Source: Hadesarchaea archaeon (GTDB lineage: Archaea > Hadarchaeota > Hadarchaeia > Hadarchaeales > Hadarchaeaceae). From it: a DNA stretch of 32,640 nt. The position numbers and the translations under genes are program-made. The notes beneath the pieces are model-generated. The model ran no database searches, was not told where the DNA came from, and saw only the letters and a program-made list of their open reading frames with translations. Location: positions 1 to 32,640 of the forward strand of contig JAOUPD010000002.1 in assembly GCA_029880065.1 (NCBI GenBank), read 5' to 3'. Shown here piece after piece: positions 1-10,056 of this stretch (positions within the stretch are counted from its first letter, which is position 1; every line of letters begins with the position of its first letter).

Positions 1-1335
1 TATCTCGAGGCGTCCAACTAGCATTTGAACTGTCATGCTTATCTTCCCTGCCAGGGGCATCGCTGCTGAAGTTATCCCCACAGATAAACCAACGTTCCCC
101 TGAGCTGAAGCCGACTCAAATACCGAATTAATGGCTGGGTTGCCCACTGCCATCAGCACTATTGCACCGCTTATCAGCACGATAATGTAGAGAAATGCGT
201 AAATGGCGGTTTCCATCATCTCCTGTTCGCTGTAGATCCTACCCGATATTTTCATCGGCACAACTGCCCGCTCGGGGAGAAAGCTTCGCTTAATCATCCA
301 GTGGACTGCCTTAACGATAATCACGGTTCGGATGAGCTTGATCGCACTCGAGGTTGAACCATACCCGCCACCTACAACCATGAGGATTGTGAGCAGGCCC
401 TTCTGGGGATCCCCCCACATTGAGAGGGTGGTCGTGGAGAAGCCCGTTCCCGTCAGGGCAGAGGAAGATTGAAATAGCGCGTCCTGCAACCCCACACTCC
501 ACACAAGCAAAAGCGTGGCCAGCGCTACCAGTACGAGCATCAGCCGAACTTCGATGTTTTGGAAGAGTTCCCGCCAGTGCCCTGAAATGACTCTTCGGTG
601 GACCGCGAAGCTGATCGCGCCCGCTATCATTATCAAAATTGCAACTGCAAGCACCGGGGTGCCGTACCCAGCGAAACTCGCGTTGCGCACGCTGAATCCG
701 CCAGTGGCGATTCCCGTCATCGAGTGGTTAACTGCCTCAAACAGCGACATGTTGGGTGCTCCTGCAAAATACAACCCGACGATGCCGAGAAGCGTGAGCA
801 ACAAATATATTTTCCATAGAGAACGGGCGGTTTCTCTAATGCTTGGCTCGATGCGATCGGCTCGTGCCTCAGCAACGTACATCTTCCGAGCTGCTTTACC
901 CGCGCCGATGAGGGCTGCTAAGAAGAGAACGATCACACCCACGCCGCCCACCCACTCGGTCAGACTGCGCCAGAAAAGGATGGTGGGTTGAACTGCTTCG
1001 ACATTAGAAATCATTGTTAGTCCCGTAGCCGTGAAACCAGACATGCTCTCAAAGTAAGCGTCCTCGACTGGCATGTAATTGCCAAAGATGTAGGGTATCG
1101 AGCCGAATGCCGAGAAGATGATCCAACCTAAGGCGACAAGCACCATTGCCTTGCCTAAGGTTATATCCGTAGGCTGAAAACGCCGCCTGAGGAAAAATCC
1201 CAGTACTAAGACGACTACTGCGGGGACTATGAAATATGGGAGCAAGTAGGTTTCGTTAGCTAGAAACGCCACTGGAGTCGGCGCCAGCATCACCGCGCCT
1301 AGGGCGAGCAGAATGAACCCTATGAAATGTAGCAT
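1..1335 (-). CDS. trkH: TrkH/KtrB-family K+ transporter membrane subunit, C-terminus cut by the window edge (445 codons visible)
   Basis: This gene is absent from the ORF track because it has no stop codon inside the window. My own minus-strand translation from the ATG at 1335 reads MLHFIGFILLALGAVMLAPTPVAFLANETYLLPYF... and stays open in frame to nt 1 (...MLVGRLEI). Four glycine pore-loop motifs typical of the Trk/Ktr/HKT superfamily are visible: SGFTATG, TGIATGGF, LTGTGFST and SAQGNVGLS. The plus-strand ORFs at 515-991 and 598-819 are antisense to it. Confidence 0.85.
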   Translation of the reverse strand, partial: MLHFIGFILLALGAVMLAPTPVAFLANETYLLPYFIVPAVVVLVLGFFLRRRFQPTDITLGKAMVLVALGWIIFSAFGSIPYIFGNYMPVEDAYFESMSGFTATGLTMISNVEAVQPTILFWRSLTEWVGGVGVIVLFLAALIGAGKAARKMYVAEARADRIEPSIRETARSLWKIYLLLTLLGIVGLYFAGAPNMSLFEAVNHSMTGIATGGFSVRNASFAGYGTPVLAVAILIMIAGAISFAVHRRVISGHWRELFQNIEVRLMLVLVALATLLLVWSVGLQDALFQSSSALTGTGFSTTTLSMWGDPQKGLLTILMVVGGGYGSTSSAIKLIRTVIIVKAVHWMIKRSFLPERAVVPMKISGRIYSEQEMMETAIYAFLYIIVLISGAIVLMAVGNPAINSVFESASAQGNVGLSVGITSAAMPLAGKISMTVQMLVGRLEI

Positions 1336-1517
1336 CGTGCAACCTCCGACGGTATACCCTCACCGAAAGTGTATAAAGGATTTGCTGGGTTAAGGCCAAA
1401 ACTGTAGGTTTAAACTTGAAACCCATGCTTAATTTTGGTATGTGCAGGAAACCCGACGCACTACGCACGAAATTCTCGAAAATCTCCAAAATACAAAGAA
1501 ACTTAAAGCAGGCGAGA

Positions 1518-1859
1518 TTAGACATTTTCTCCAGAGAATTCCTGAAGTACCTCAACCAACGCAGTATCGAAACCCTTTTCATCTTCGGGTCTAAACTTCC
1601 GTGAGAGCCTCTCCCGCACGCTTTTGACGAGTTCTACAACTTGTTCCTGTTTGTATTCCCCATTCACCACGCGGTTAATCACTGATAGCTCTCCTCCAGC
1701 CTCGAGGGCCGCAACCATGCCCCGCAGCGCCAGCAAATAGCCTCGCCCGAACTCATCGTTGAAGTCAACTCTGCTCTTGATTTGCTCGAGCCATTCCTTA
1801 GCCTTTTTTGTATCCCTTTCCCTGAGGGTCTGGACGAAAGATTTCAGGTCCAATTCCAT
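1518..1859 (-). CDS. Hypothetical small soluble protein (113 aa), family not recognised
   Basis: A clean ORF with non-repetitive, helix-rich composition (MELDLKSFVQTLRERDTKKAKEWLEQIK...). An SD-like AGGTGGT lies a few nt upstream of the ATG. I recognise no motif. Confidence 0.5.
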   Translation of the reverse strand: MELDLKSFVQTLRERDTKKAKEWLEQIKSRVDFNDEFGRGYLLALRGMVAALEAGGELSVINRVVNGEYKQEQVVELVKSVRERLSRKFRPEDEKGFDTALVEVLQEFSGENV

Positions 1860-2031
1860 GTGACCACCTAGATTTTAACCAAAAGTTAAGAAACCCCTGA
1901 GGCTATAACGGTTTCCGACACCGCACAAAAACTCATCGTGAAAAAGCACGGGCTGATAACCACCAAGCATATGCCACACGAGGCATTTCTCGTGGCAGAG
2001 GCTGTCGAGAGTGCTGCAAGAGTGGCTTACC

Positions 2032-2319
2032 TCACTCACGGATTGTTTCCAAAACGCTGAGAGCACTCCATATCGTCGTTCGGGTGTGGATGGGCATATT
2101 CGGGTCATTACTTATCTCGTCAAGTATCATCGTCGCAGAAGAAGCCTTGAGCACTGAATCGCCCTCCTTTTTCAACAGGGCATTCTTAGCTTCGTTTGCA
2201 GCTCTTCGAATGTTACGGGGGACTGAAGTGTCCTCTGCCACGCGCGCCATAATTTCCGCCACCTGCCTTAGCTTGACCTCTGAGGACACGATTATCACCC
2301 GTTCGCATATCCAATCCAC
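2032..2319 (-). CDS. UPF0147-family small archaeal protein
   Basis: The motifs ...DTSVPRNIRRAANEAKNALL... and ...ILDEISNDPNMPIHTRTTIW... match what I recall as the conserved UPF0147 family signature (PRNIRRAA and DEISNDPNMP). The exact start is uncertain, because internal GTG candidates exist. Confidence 0.75.
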   Translation of the reverse strand: MDWICERVIIVSSEVKLRQVAEIMARVAEDTSVPRNIRRAANEAKNALLKKEGDSVLKASSATMILDEISNDPNMPIHTRTTIWSALSVLETIRE

Positions 2320-2359
2320 TTAATTTTAAGGAGGGAGCCCATAAAGAGTTTGGGGTCAG

Positions 2360-2686
2360 ATGCAAGACGAAAGGATAGCTAAAATGACGGAAATGCTCCT
2401 CGGCGGGGGGAAAATGCTTTCGGTGCACTGCGGCACCTGCAAGGGGCCCCTCTTCGAGTTTAAGGGGAAAGTTATCTGCCCAGTCTGTGGCGAGAGAACC
2501 GAAGCCGCAAAAGCTGAAGCTAAGCCCGAGGCTGCCCCCACCGAGAAAGTTGAAGGAATCCTACGTGCCAAGCTAAATACGCTCGCTACTCAGCTCGAAA
2601 AGGAAACTGACCACGTCAAGACCTTAGAACTGCTCGATCGTATTAAATCTATCCTTGGAGTACTCGAAAAGTTGAAGGAGAGGTGA
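2360..2686 (+). CDS. UPF0148 / autoantigen-p27-like zinc-ribbon protein
   Basis: The N-terminal region has a Cys4 ribbon (CGTCKGPLFEFKGKVICPVCG), followed by a charged coiled-coil-like tail. The gene is divergent from the UPF0147 gene across a 40-nt spacer. Confidence 0.65.
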   Translation: MQDERIAKMTEMLLGGGKMLSVHCGTCKGPLFEFKGKVICPVCGERTEAAKAEAKPEAAPTEKVEGILRAKLNTLATQLEKETDHVKTLELLDRIKSILGVLEKLKER

Positions 2687-2690
2687 AAAC

Positions 2691-2927
2691 TTGCGAAAGG
2701 ATGAAATTCTCACGGCGTTAAGAGAGGCCGGAGTCGCGCTCACCATCGAAGAGCTCTCTCAGCAAACTGGGATCGACATCGCCCACCTACGGGTCGATCT
2801 CTTTAGACTGGCTGAGGAGGGAAAGGTCGAGCGCCGACAGCGGGAAAACAAGCCCACTTGGACGATAAAGGTGAGTACAGCCCTAGATCGGCGCTACGAG
2901 AAGCTCTCTAAAAAATATGTTCCGTGA
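2691..2927 (+). CDS. Small winged-helix (wHTH) DNA-binding-like protein, TTG start
   Basis: A strong SD (GGAGAGGTGA) lies 5-6 nt upstream of the TTG at 2691. The sequence LTIEELSQQTGIDIAHLRVDLFRLAEEGKV resembles an HTH followed by a wing. The stop overlaps the next start (GTGA). Confidence 0.55.
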   Translation: MRKDEILTALREAGVALTIEELSQQTGIDIAHLRVDLFRLAEEGKVERRQRENKPTWTIKVSTALDRRYEKLSKKYVP

Positions 2928-3532
2928 TCTGGTTGCTCTGGCTCGACCTCGCTAGAATCCTCCTGGCCGGTGTCGTGCTTGGCCTCGTAGTCGGTAAGCT
3001 CGTTGTGTTGAGGCCCTCCTACCTCGAACGAATACGTCCACGCTATTGGCTACCCATCGCGCGCCGAATGCGAAGGCGGGAGTCGATTAGGCTTATCTCA
3101 ATTGCACTTGCATTTACCGCTGCGGCGCTCGTCGTGGCGACCATAGTGGGGAATCTCCTTTATGGAGCTGGGGTGGAGCTGTACTCGAGGGATGAGTACC
3201 CCTTCACGGCGCTCCAAGAACAGTATCCGTTGCTGTTGCTCGTGATGGTCAACTTGCTGCCGATTTTTGAGGAGTGGATATTCAGGGGGATTCTACTCGA
3301 GGAAGTGGCACGGCGGACTCGCTCGAAATGGATCGGGGTGATGGTCTCGGCCCTCATCTTCGCCGCGTTTCACCTCTCAAATCCTGGTACTTATCCCGCG
3401 TTCGCGATACCTTTGCTCGGGGCAGGGCTCCTGCTCGGGACCTGCTATCTGGTAAGTGGACTGGCTGGAGCGATTATAACTCACAACGCTTACAATTCAA
3501 TTTTAGTGGTTCTCTGGGCCATAAGTGTATGA
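2924..3532 (+). CDS. CPBP-family (CAAX/Abi) intramembrane glutamic protease
   Basis: A multi-TM protein carrying the three CPBP motifs: EEWIFRG (EExxxR), FAAFH (FxxxH) and HNAYN (HxxxN). Confidence 0.85.
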   Translation: MIWLLWLDLARILLAGVVLGLVVGKLVVLRPSYLERIRPRYWLPIARRMRRRESIRLISIALAFTAAALVVATIVGNLLYGAGVELYSRDEYPFTALQEQYPLLLLVMVNLLPIFEEWIFRGILLEEVARRTRSKWIGVMVSALIFAAFHLSNPGTYPAFAIPLLGAGLLLGTCYLVSGLAGAIITHNAYNSILVVLWAISV

Positions 3533-3536
3533 ACTT

Positions 3537-5870
3537 TTATGGCCGCTGTACTGCGATGATTGCCTGCCCGACAGAGATGCCACCATCACCCGGGGGCAGA
3601 AGCTCGTGTTGAACAAATCTCAACCCAGCTTTCTCGACTTCCTTGCGCACCGCTGCGGTAATCGCTCTGTTATAGAAAACTCCACCTGACCCTCCAACGA
3701 CTTCAATCCCCTTAGAGGAAGCTGCGTCGATAGCGACTGACGCTAACCCCCGAGCGATAACTCGTTGGGCCGCAGCCGCGATGTGTCTGCGGGAAACTCG
3801 TGCTCGAAGGGCATCGAGTATGTCCACAAGCAACCGAGATGTGTTGACGACCATCATCCCGTCGACCTTTTCGATCACGGGTTCTAGCCTCACCTCCTCT
3901 GAGTCCCCCTTGTTCGCGGCCGCCTCGAGCTTGATCGCTGGCTCGCCCTCGTATGTCCGTTCGTCGCAAATTCCGAGCAGGCAGGCGATGGCATCGAGCA
4001 CCCTGCCGCAACTGCTCGTTTGGAACACGTTCAAATCGCGCTCGAGTTGGCGAATGACGATATCTACTTCTCGCTTCCCGCGTCTGAAGCTACTCGCGCA
4101 AAACTCGTCCAGAACCCGCTCAAGCTCCTCACGCCCGAGCTGCTGCCAGAGGATGCCTGCAACCATGCGTGCTGGAAATATCGCCGCCAAGTCACCCCCA
4201 GGCATACGCTGGCTCATTAGCCCGCCCACACGTTTGAACGAACTCAAATCGGCCAACATGACTTCGCCACCCCATATCGTGCCATCTGGACCATATCCAA
4301 CACCATCAGCGGCGATGCCGACGAACTCGCTTAGACCACATTCTGCCATCAGGGTTACAAGGTGAGCGTGATGATGTTGGGCAGAAAGGGTTCTTGCTCC
4401 GAGCTTCTTTGCCATCCGCGGTGCAATCCTTGTCGTTGCATAGTTGGGGTGTAAATCGTGGACAACTATGTCAACTGAGTCCAAGTTTAACAGTCGCATA
4501 AGCCTCTCAACAGCTGATTGCATGTATTTGAGGGTTTCCACTTTTGTGGTGTCGCCTATATGTTGACTGGGGAAGCACCGGTCGCCCGTCAGAACCGAGC
4601 AAGTCACATTGAGCTCCGCCCCCACCGCGAGAACTTTTTTATCACTCGTGAAAGCGAGCTTCACGGGCTCCGGCACATAACCTCGCGAACGCCTCAAAAA
4701 TGCTGGCTTTCCATCAACCTCCTTGATCACCGAGTCATCACATCGGTTGACGATTAGCCGATCATGAAGTAGGAAGTAATCGACGCCCCCGCGCAGCTTC
4801 CTGAAGGCTTCGGTATTATCTATTATCATCGGTAACCCAGCGACATTTGCGCTCGTCATGACGTAGGCCGGGTCCTTACCGTAGCTAAGAATGAGGTGAT
4901 GAATTCCCGAGTAAGGAAGCATCACGCCTACCGAGTCCAGGCCGGGTGCCACGAACTCTGAAAGCATGTAGTCGTTAGAGCGTTGGAGCACAACTATCGG
5001 CCGCCGAAAGGATGTCAGCAACTCAACTTCGGCTTTACCGACCTCTGCAAAAGTTCGGATTGTCCTAATATCTCTGGACATTACCGCAAATGGTTGCTGA
5101 AAGCGGTTGAATGCCCTCCGCATGCGTGTGAGTACCCCATCCTCGGTCGTTTTCGATGCTATGTGAATTCCCCCTACTCCCTTGATGGCGACCACGCTGC
5201 CCCCATCGAGCAGACGCGCTACCTCACGCAGCGGTTCGGACACATCAATGGGATTACCTTCTGCATCGTAGAGCTTCATCCGGGGGCCGCAGATAGAACA
5301 ACACGTTGGTTCTGCATGGTATCGTCGGTCGGGTGGGTCTTGATACTCACGAAGGCAATCGGTGCAGAGCGGAAAAACATTCATTGAAGTTCTAGGGCGG
5401 TCGTAGGGTAGCCTCTCGATGATGGTGAAGCGAGGGCCACAGTTGACGCAGGTGATGAATGGATAATTATAGCGCCGGTCGCTTGGGTCGAGCATCTCGT
5501 GCAGACAATCGTCGCAGAGCGCGAGGTCGGGTGGCACCACTGAAGGAAGCCCCAAGCCGGTCGTTTCACTCGGCACTACCCTAAAAATAGCGAATTCGTT
5601 GGTTGGATTCTTCCACGCAACTCGGATGTCATCGATTCGCGCGAGCGGGGGTTTCTCGGGACACAGCGAGTTGACAAATTTTTCGATTGCTCTTTTATCA
5701 CCCTCGACTACCACCTGCACTCCCGCGTCTCCCATGTTTCGGGCAAAGCCGGTGAGCCCGTGATGAGTAGCAAGTCGATAGATGAACGGTCTAAATCCTA
5801 CACCCTGCACTAGGCCAGTAACTGCTATTTCAGCACGGGCGCGCAAATCCCCACCCAATTTTAAACACAT
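3537..5870 (-). CDS. hypF: [NiFe]-hydrogenase maturation carbamoyltransferase HypF
   Basis: 777 aa. It has an N-terminal acylphosphatase-like motif (VTGLVQGVGFRPF) and two tandem Zn-finger pairs (CDDC...CVNCGPRF and CTDC...CSICGPR). A YrdC-like domain and then a Kae1/ASKHA-like C-terminal domain follow (HHHAH, GGVFYN). Confidence 0.95.
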   Translation of the reverse strand: MCLKLGGDLRARAEIAVTGLVQGVGFRPFIYRLATHHGLTGFARNMGDAGVQVVVEGDKRAIEKFVNSLCPEKPPLARIDDIRVAWKNPTNEFAIFRVVPSETTGLGLPSVVPPDLALCDDCLHEMLDPSDRRYNYPFITCVNCGPRFTIIERLPYDRPRTSMNVFPLCTDCLREYQDPPDRRYHAEPTCCSICGPRMKLYDAEGNPIDVSEPLREVARLLDGGSVVAIKGVGGIHIASKTTEDGVLTRMRRAFNRFQQPFAVMSRDIRTIRTFAEVGKAEVELLTSFRRPIVVLQRSNDYMLSEFVAPGLDSVGVMLPYSGIHHLILSYGKDPAYVMTSANVAGLPMIIDNTEAFRKLRGGVDYFLLHDRLIVNRCDDSVIKEVDGKPAFLRRSRGYVPEPVKLAFTSDKKVLAVGAELNVTCSVLTGDRCFPSQHIGDTTKVETLKYMQSAVERLMRLLNLDSVDIVVHDLHPNYATTRIAPRMAKKLGARTLSAQHHHAHLVTLMAECGLSEFVGIAADGVGYGPDGTIWGGEVMLADLSSFKRVGGLMSQRMPGGDLAAIFPARMVAGILWQQLGREELERVLDEFCASSFRRGKREVDIVIRQLERDLNVFQTSSCGRVLDAIACLLGICDERTYEGEPAIKLEAAANKGDSEEVRLEPVIEKVDGMMVVNTSRLLVDILDALRARVSRRHIAAAAQRVIARGLASVAIDAASSKGIEVVGGSGGVFYNRAITAAVRKEVEKAGLRFVQHELLPPGDGGISVGQAIIAVQRP

Positions 5871-5894
5871 CAGGCCTCAGTTTTAAAAACTCGC

Positions 5895-6767
5895 CTAACT
5901 GATGCCCAGCCTCTTCCACTCTTCATCTACCGTCCGCTGGATTCCCGCGATTTCCTCATCAGTGAGGTGCCTAAATCTCCCCTGCATCTTCAGGTAATCT
6001 GCAACCGGCCTTCGCTTGGGTGGCTTAAAAGTGAGCTTAAACACACCACTCTCAATTTCATAGAGATTCCACATTCCTGTCAACACCGCAAGCTTGGCGA
6101 TCTCGATCGTCTTGCTGGAATCAATCCTCCACCCCGGACCACATGGGCAATGGACGTGAATATAGGTTGGCCCTTCAATCGAGGCCGCTTTCTTCACTTT
6201 TTTGATGTAATCGAGTGGGTAGCCAACTGAAGCAGTCGCAACGTAAGGAGCACGATGAGCCGCGATTATTGCGGGCATATCTTTTTTCGGGAGATCCTCG
6301 CCTCGCTTCACCTTACCTATAGGTGTTGTAGTTGTCCAAGCGCTGTAGGGTGTTGCCCCACTTCGCTGGATACCCGTGTTCATGTAAGCCTCGTTGTCAG
6401 TACAAATGTAGAGCACGTTGTGGTTGCGCTCGACCATCCCAGAAAGAGCTTGAAGCCCGATGTCTACCGTGCCTCCATCGCCGCCTATCGCCACGACCTT
6501 GATACCACGTTTACCCAAGCTTTTCAAACCAGCCTCAACTCCAGAAGCGACTGCAGCGGCGTTCTCAAAAGCAACATGTATCCAAGGTACCCGCCAAGCA
6601 GTTTCTGGATAGGGAGTGGTCACAACCTCCATGCAACCAGTTGGGGCACAAACAATGGTGTTTTTACCAAGAGCTTTTAGTGCGTACCGTATCGCAAGTA
6701 TGCTGCCACATCCTGGGCATGCACGGTGTCCAGGCGCAAGTAATTCTTCTTCAGGTATTTGGCTCAT
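5895..6767 (-). CDS. porB: 2-oxoacid (pyruvate/2-ketoisovalerate):ferredoxin oxidoreductase, beta (TPP-binding) subunit
   Basis: It has the Cys cluster CPGCG...C...C and the TPP motif GGDGG...NN. It is the last gene of a gamma-delta-alpha-beta operon. Substrate specificity cannot be read from the sequence alone. Confidence 0.9.
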   Translation of the reverse strand: MSQIPEEELLAPGHRACPGCGSILAIRYALKALGKNTIVCAPTGCMEVVTTPYPETAWRVPWIHVAFENAAAVASGVEAGLKSLGKRGIKVVAIGGDGGTVDIGLQALSGMVERNHNVLYICTDNEAYMNTGIQRSGATPYSAWTTTTPIGKVKRGEDLPKKDMPAIIAAHRAPYVATASVGYPLDYIKKVKKAASIEGPTYIHVHCPCGPGWRIDSSKTIEIAKLAVLTGMWNLYEIESGVFKLTFKPPKRRPVADYLKMQGRFRHLTDEEIAGIQRTVDEEWKRLGIS

Positions 6768-7948
6768 GGTTTTAACCCCACCATAGTTTCTCTCAACCCT
6801 AGCCAGCGAACAGTTTTTTTGACTTCACCGGTTTTCGCTGCTTCCATCGCTGCTTTGGTCGCTTCCCTAATTTGAAGTGATGAAACATCACGTCCCCCAA
6901 GACCACAGATGAAATTCAACAGAAGCGGAGACTCTCTAGAATTTACAAACGCCCCAGAAAGGTCGGAAAAAAGTGCCCCAGTTGAACCAGGTGAGAAATC
7001 TTTTTCGAGTACAGCCACGGCTTTGGCATGGCCAAGCGAGTCCACTAACTCTTTCGCTGGGAAAGGTCTGAATGCTCGCACCTTCACGAGTCCAACTCGC
7101 TCACCGTGACCGCGATACTCATCAATCATCTCTTTAATGCTGCCGCTCAACGAACCCATTGTGAGCAAAATCACGTCGGCATCATCACTTCGATAACACT
7201 CTATGAGGTCACTTTTCCTTCCGAATTGTCTGCCGAATGCTTGTCCAACTTCAATTATTTTTTCCTTCGATTTGAGTACAGCTTCTTGCAACATATATCT
7301 GAATTCCTCATAGTACTCTGGTACCCCAACTGCACCCATCGTGATGGGCTTCTCTGGATCGAGGAGATAAGGATACTTGTAAGTGGGAAGGAATTTATCG
7401 ACTTCAGCCTGTTCAGGAATCTCCACTGGCTCGGCCGTGTGTGAGAGAATATATCCATCGAAACAGACCATTACTGGAAGCAAGGACTCTTCAGCGATGC
7501 GAAATGCCTGAATCGTCGAGTCGAGAACCTCCTGATTATTCTCGCAATAAAGCTGTATCCAACCGCAATCGCGTACAGCTACTGAGTCTTGTTGGTCGCA
7601 CCAAATGCTGAGAGGTGCTGAGAGCGAGCGATTTGCGTTCGCCATGACAATGGGTAGCCGCATACCGGAAGCGACGAACAATATCTCGCTCATGAGCATT
7701 AGTCCCTGAGAGGAAGTCGCAGTGAATGTCCTCGCCCCTACAGCCGCAGAACCTAAGCAAGCACTTAGTGCACTGTGTTCTGACTCCACTTTAATGTATT
7801 CTGCGTCCAGCTCACCATTAGCCACGAATTCGGCAAGTCTCTCTACGATAATCGTCTGCGGGGTTATTGGGTAAGCTGAGATGACTTTGACGCGCGCAAG
7901 CTTTGCAGCGATAGCAGCGGCTTCGTCGCCAGTGACCAGTTGCTTCAT
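6764..7948 (-). CDS. porA: 2-oxoacid:ferredoxin oxidoreductase, alpha subunit
   Basis: 394 aa. The N-terminus [32 protein letters not shown] is typical of POR/VOR alpha subunits. There are 4-nt overlaps with both neighbouring genes. Confidence 0.9.
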   Translation of the reverse strand: MKQLVTGDEAAAIAAKLARVKVISAYPITPQTIIVERLAEFVANGELDAEYIKVESEHSALSACLGSAAVGARTFTATSSQGLMLMSEILFVASGMRLPIVMANANRSLSAPLSIWCDQQDSVAVRDCGWIQLYCENNQEVLDSTIQAFRIAEESLLPVMVCFDGYILSHTAEPVEIPEQAEVDKFLPTYKYPYLLDPEKPITMGAVGVPEYYEEFRYMLQEAVLKSKEKIIEVGQAFGRQFGRKSDLIECYRSDDADVILLTMGSLSGSIKEMIDEYRGHGERVGLVKVRAFRPFPAKELVDSLGHAKAVAVLEKDFSPGSTGALFSDLSGAFVNSRESPLLLNFICGLGGRDVSSLQIREATKAAMEAAKTGEVKKTVRWLGLRETMVGLKP

Positions 7949-8205
7949 TTTTGTCCCTCCTCAACCATCACTATCGCTTTGACCGGACAGTCATTGGCAC
8001 AGATACCACAGCCTTTACAATATCGGTAGTCAATAACGACAGGTTTGCCCTTGGTGATTGCTGGTTCAGGACAATAAAGCCAGCACAGCCCGCATCCATT
8101 GCATTTTTTAGAATCGACCACTGGCTTGAGGCTCCGCCAACTGCCAGTTTCATTTTGCTCACTATTCCCCGGTTTAAGGATAATCGTGCTAGGGGGCAAT
8201 TTCAT
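7945..8205 (-). CDS. porD: 2-oxoacid:ferredoxin oxidoreductase, delta (2x[4Fe-4S] ferredoxin) subunit
   Basis: 86 aa with two CxxCxxCxxxCP motifs ([12 protein letters not shown] and [12 protein letters not shown]). Confidence 0.9.
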   Translation of the reverse strand: MKLPPSTIILKPGNSEQNETGSWRSLKPVVDSKKCNGCGLCWLYCPEPAITKGKPVVIDYRYCKGCGICANDCPVKAIVMVEEGQK

Positions 8206-8744
8206 GTTATCACCTTTGTTTGTTCATACGCTGCTTTTATCGCGGCAATGTTTTTGTCCGCAAGTTTGCCGAAAAAGCGCCCTTTGATCACATTTATGAG
8301 CGAGTCCAACGACACGAGCTTCGTCGCCTTCGCAAAAGCTCCCAGCATGGCCGTGTTTGTTATCGGCACTCCTAGCATCTCCTTCGCTATTGAAGTGGCA
8401 TCGACAAAAGCGCTTTTAGCATTGGAAAATTGCGCATTTTTTTTAGAATTGAGCACTATTAGTCCATCACGCTTTATGCCAGAAGCGACGTTCACAACTT
8501 CTAGCAGTGAAGGGTCTAGTACCACCACGTAGTCAGGTTCGTAAATTTGCGTGCGGATGCGAATTGGCCTGCTATCGATTCGCGTGAACGCGAGCACGGG
8601 TGCCCCTCTTCTTTCAGCGCCGAAAAATGGAAGAGCTTGGCTATATTTACCTTCCGCAAAAGCCGCCTCGGCAAGCAACCTAGCCGCGGTCACTGCTCCT
8701 TGCCCACCGCGACCATGAAATCTTATCTCTATCATGCCATTCAT
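8202..8744 (-). CDS. porG: 2-oxoacid:ferredoxin oxidoreductase, gamma subunit
   Basis: 180 aa. The motifs [20 protein letters not shown] and FGAERRG are typical of the gamma subunit. It is the first gene of the operon. Confidence 0.9.
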
Positions 8745-8952
8745 GGAAATTTCACTCCGACTCTATAAGGATTTTTTTACTATAATTTAACACTTTCGCG
8801 TAAGGGTCTGTAGGAGCTAGGGAACGCCTGAGTAAATTTCATTCATCGAGCGGTCCGCAAGCCCGAAATGGCAAGGTCGAGAGAAAGATTGAACAGCCGG
8901 CGCGAACTTTTAATCACCCAAAATGGTTATAGCTTGCAATTCTGAATAATGC

Positions 8953-9183
8953 ATGGTTGAGAAAATGGGTAAGAAATGGGGCCGCTATCGTGCGGGAGGA
9001 CGAAGTCAGCCAGTCTCTTGTGTCTATTGCGGGCGAATGGTGCCTAGAATAAAAGCCGTATCAGTGAGGAAGGGTTTCAGGGTTGACCCCAGAATTCCCG
9101 GTATCGATCGGAGGCGCGTTTTTACTCCAAGCTTCAAAGGTTACGCTTGCATTTCCTGCGCTAAGCACCGCGGCCTAGTTTAA
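8953..9183 (+). CDS. rps26e: Small-subunit ribosomal protein eS26
   Basis: The segment GRSQPVSCVYCGRMVPRIKAVSV...VDP...YACISCAKH matches the eS26 pattern (GR..V.C..C.R.VP..KA plus a late Y.C.SCA.H). The start could instead be the internal MGKK codon at 8965. The 3' end overlaps the convergent GGGP synthase gene by about 23 nt. Confidence 0.75.
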   Translation: MVEKMGKKWGRYRAGGRSQPVSCVYCGRMVPRIKAVSVRKGFRVDPRIPGIDRRRVFTPSFKGYACISCAKHRGLV

Positions 9184-9913
9184 TTGCTTTCACTATTTCG
9201 CGAATTTTTGCTACACTATCTTTTGCGCGCTCAACGATGGTCCCAGTTACAATAACATCCGCACCGGCTTTCACGCGCTCGACAGCCGCTCTTGGTGTTT
9301 TTATCCCGCCCCCCACGATGAGCGTCGCCTGCGTTGCCTTCCGCACCGCTCGCACCATGTTTGTCGGCACTGGTATAGGTGCCCCTGAACCAGCCTCGAG
9401 GTAGACGAACCTCATTCCCAGATATTGCGCCGTGAGCGCGTATGCCGCGGCCAGCTCAGGTTTGGCGCGAGGGAGTAGGTCTGCCTTCCCGACCCGCCCG
9501 ACCGCCTGACCAGGTTCGACCAATAAATATGCCATAGGCAAGGTTTCCAACTTGAATTGCTTGACGAGCGGCGCCCCGCGCTTTTGTGCACCAGTAATAA
9601 AATAGGGGTCACGAGAGTTGAGCATGCTCATGAAAAAGATTGCATCCGCATGCCGGCTTACTCCTGCCTCACTTGCAGGAAAAAGGATAACAGGAAGTTT
9701 TATGGCTTTTTTTATCTCCACCACAGTCCGGTCGAGGAGACTGCCACCCGCGCGAGTAGAGCCACCAACCATGATACCATCACTTCCCGCAGACGCAACA
9801 TCGGACGCTATTTGCGCAGCGACTCTTGGCGCCTGTTTTGCTGGGTCTATAAGCGTTAAGTGAGCCGCGCCCTCTCGAGCTATGACCCGCTTTAATCGCT
9901 CCTCTACCTTCAT
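9161..9913 (-). CDS. Geranylgeranylglyceryl phosphate (GGGP) synthase, PcrB family
   Basis: It has MVGGST, the C-terminal [10 protein letters not shown]...GADVIVTGT motif and an overall TIM-barrel PcrB-like sequence. The ORF-track version runs to 9967. I prefer the ATG at 9913 ([10 protein letters not shown]...), which abuts the eL40 stop at 9910. Confidence 0.85.
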   Translation of the reverse strand: MKVEERLKRVIAREGAAHLTLIDPAKQAPRVAAQIASDVASAGSDGIMVGGSTRAGGSLLDRTVVEIKKAIKLPVILFPASEAGVSRHADAIFFMSMLNSRDPYFITGAQKRGAPLVKQFKLETLPMAYLLVEPGQAVGRVGKADLLPRAKPELAAAYALTAQYLGMRFVYLEAGSGAPIPVPTNMVRAVRKATQATLIVGGGIKTPRAAVERVKAGADVIVTGTIVERAKDSVAKIREIVKAIKLGRGA

Positions 9914-10056
9914 CCTCGTGGCTCCCTCGATTTCGACCTCAGCCCGCCGTAGCCGCACTTCCTGCATTTAGTCGCCTTCCAAGGATTGCGGGCGTTGCAC
10001 CGCATACATATCTTCACGTTAAACAGGCGTCGCTCAGCAACCTCAAACTTCACCAC
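9910..10056 (-). CDS. rpl40e: Large-subunit ribosomal protein eL40 (about 48 aa, GTG start)
   Basis: Only the C-terminal part of the 114-aa track ORF is credible: (V)[47 protein letters not shown]. That is the eL40 Cys4 motif. GTG codons at 10056 and 10053 are the candidate starts. The remainder of the ORF overlaps the upstream dehydratase gene. Confidence 0.8.
   Translation of the reverse strand: MVKFEVAERRLFNVKICMRCNARNPWKATKCRKCGYGGLRSKSREPRG

Noticed and set aside
515-991. Plus-strand ORFs of 158 and 73 aa.
   Set aside because: They are antisense to the open TrkH/KtrB reading frame. Their composition is low-complexity and rich in Ser, Ala and Arg, and they carry no motifs.
1875-2108. 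A 77-aa minus-strand ORF in the 172-nt gap between the hypothetical gene and UPF0147.
   Set aside because: It overlaps the UPF0147 C-terminus by 77 nt in another frame, has no recognisable motif and has no good start context. I also found no convincing C/D-box or other sRNA signature in the gap.
3781-4365. A 194-aa plus-strand ORF inside hypF. Similar antisense ORFs occur inside the por, lys, dap, suf, thi4 and larE genes (for example 7951..8532, 12513..13043, 14060..14530, 19496..20092, 23737..24165).
   Set aside because: These are typical shadow ORFs opposite GC-rich coding sequence. They are Ser/Arg/Pro-rich and wholly contained in strongly supported genes.
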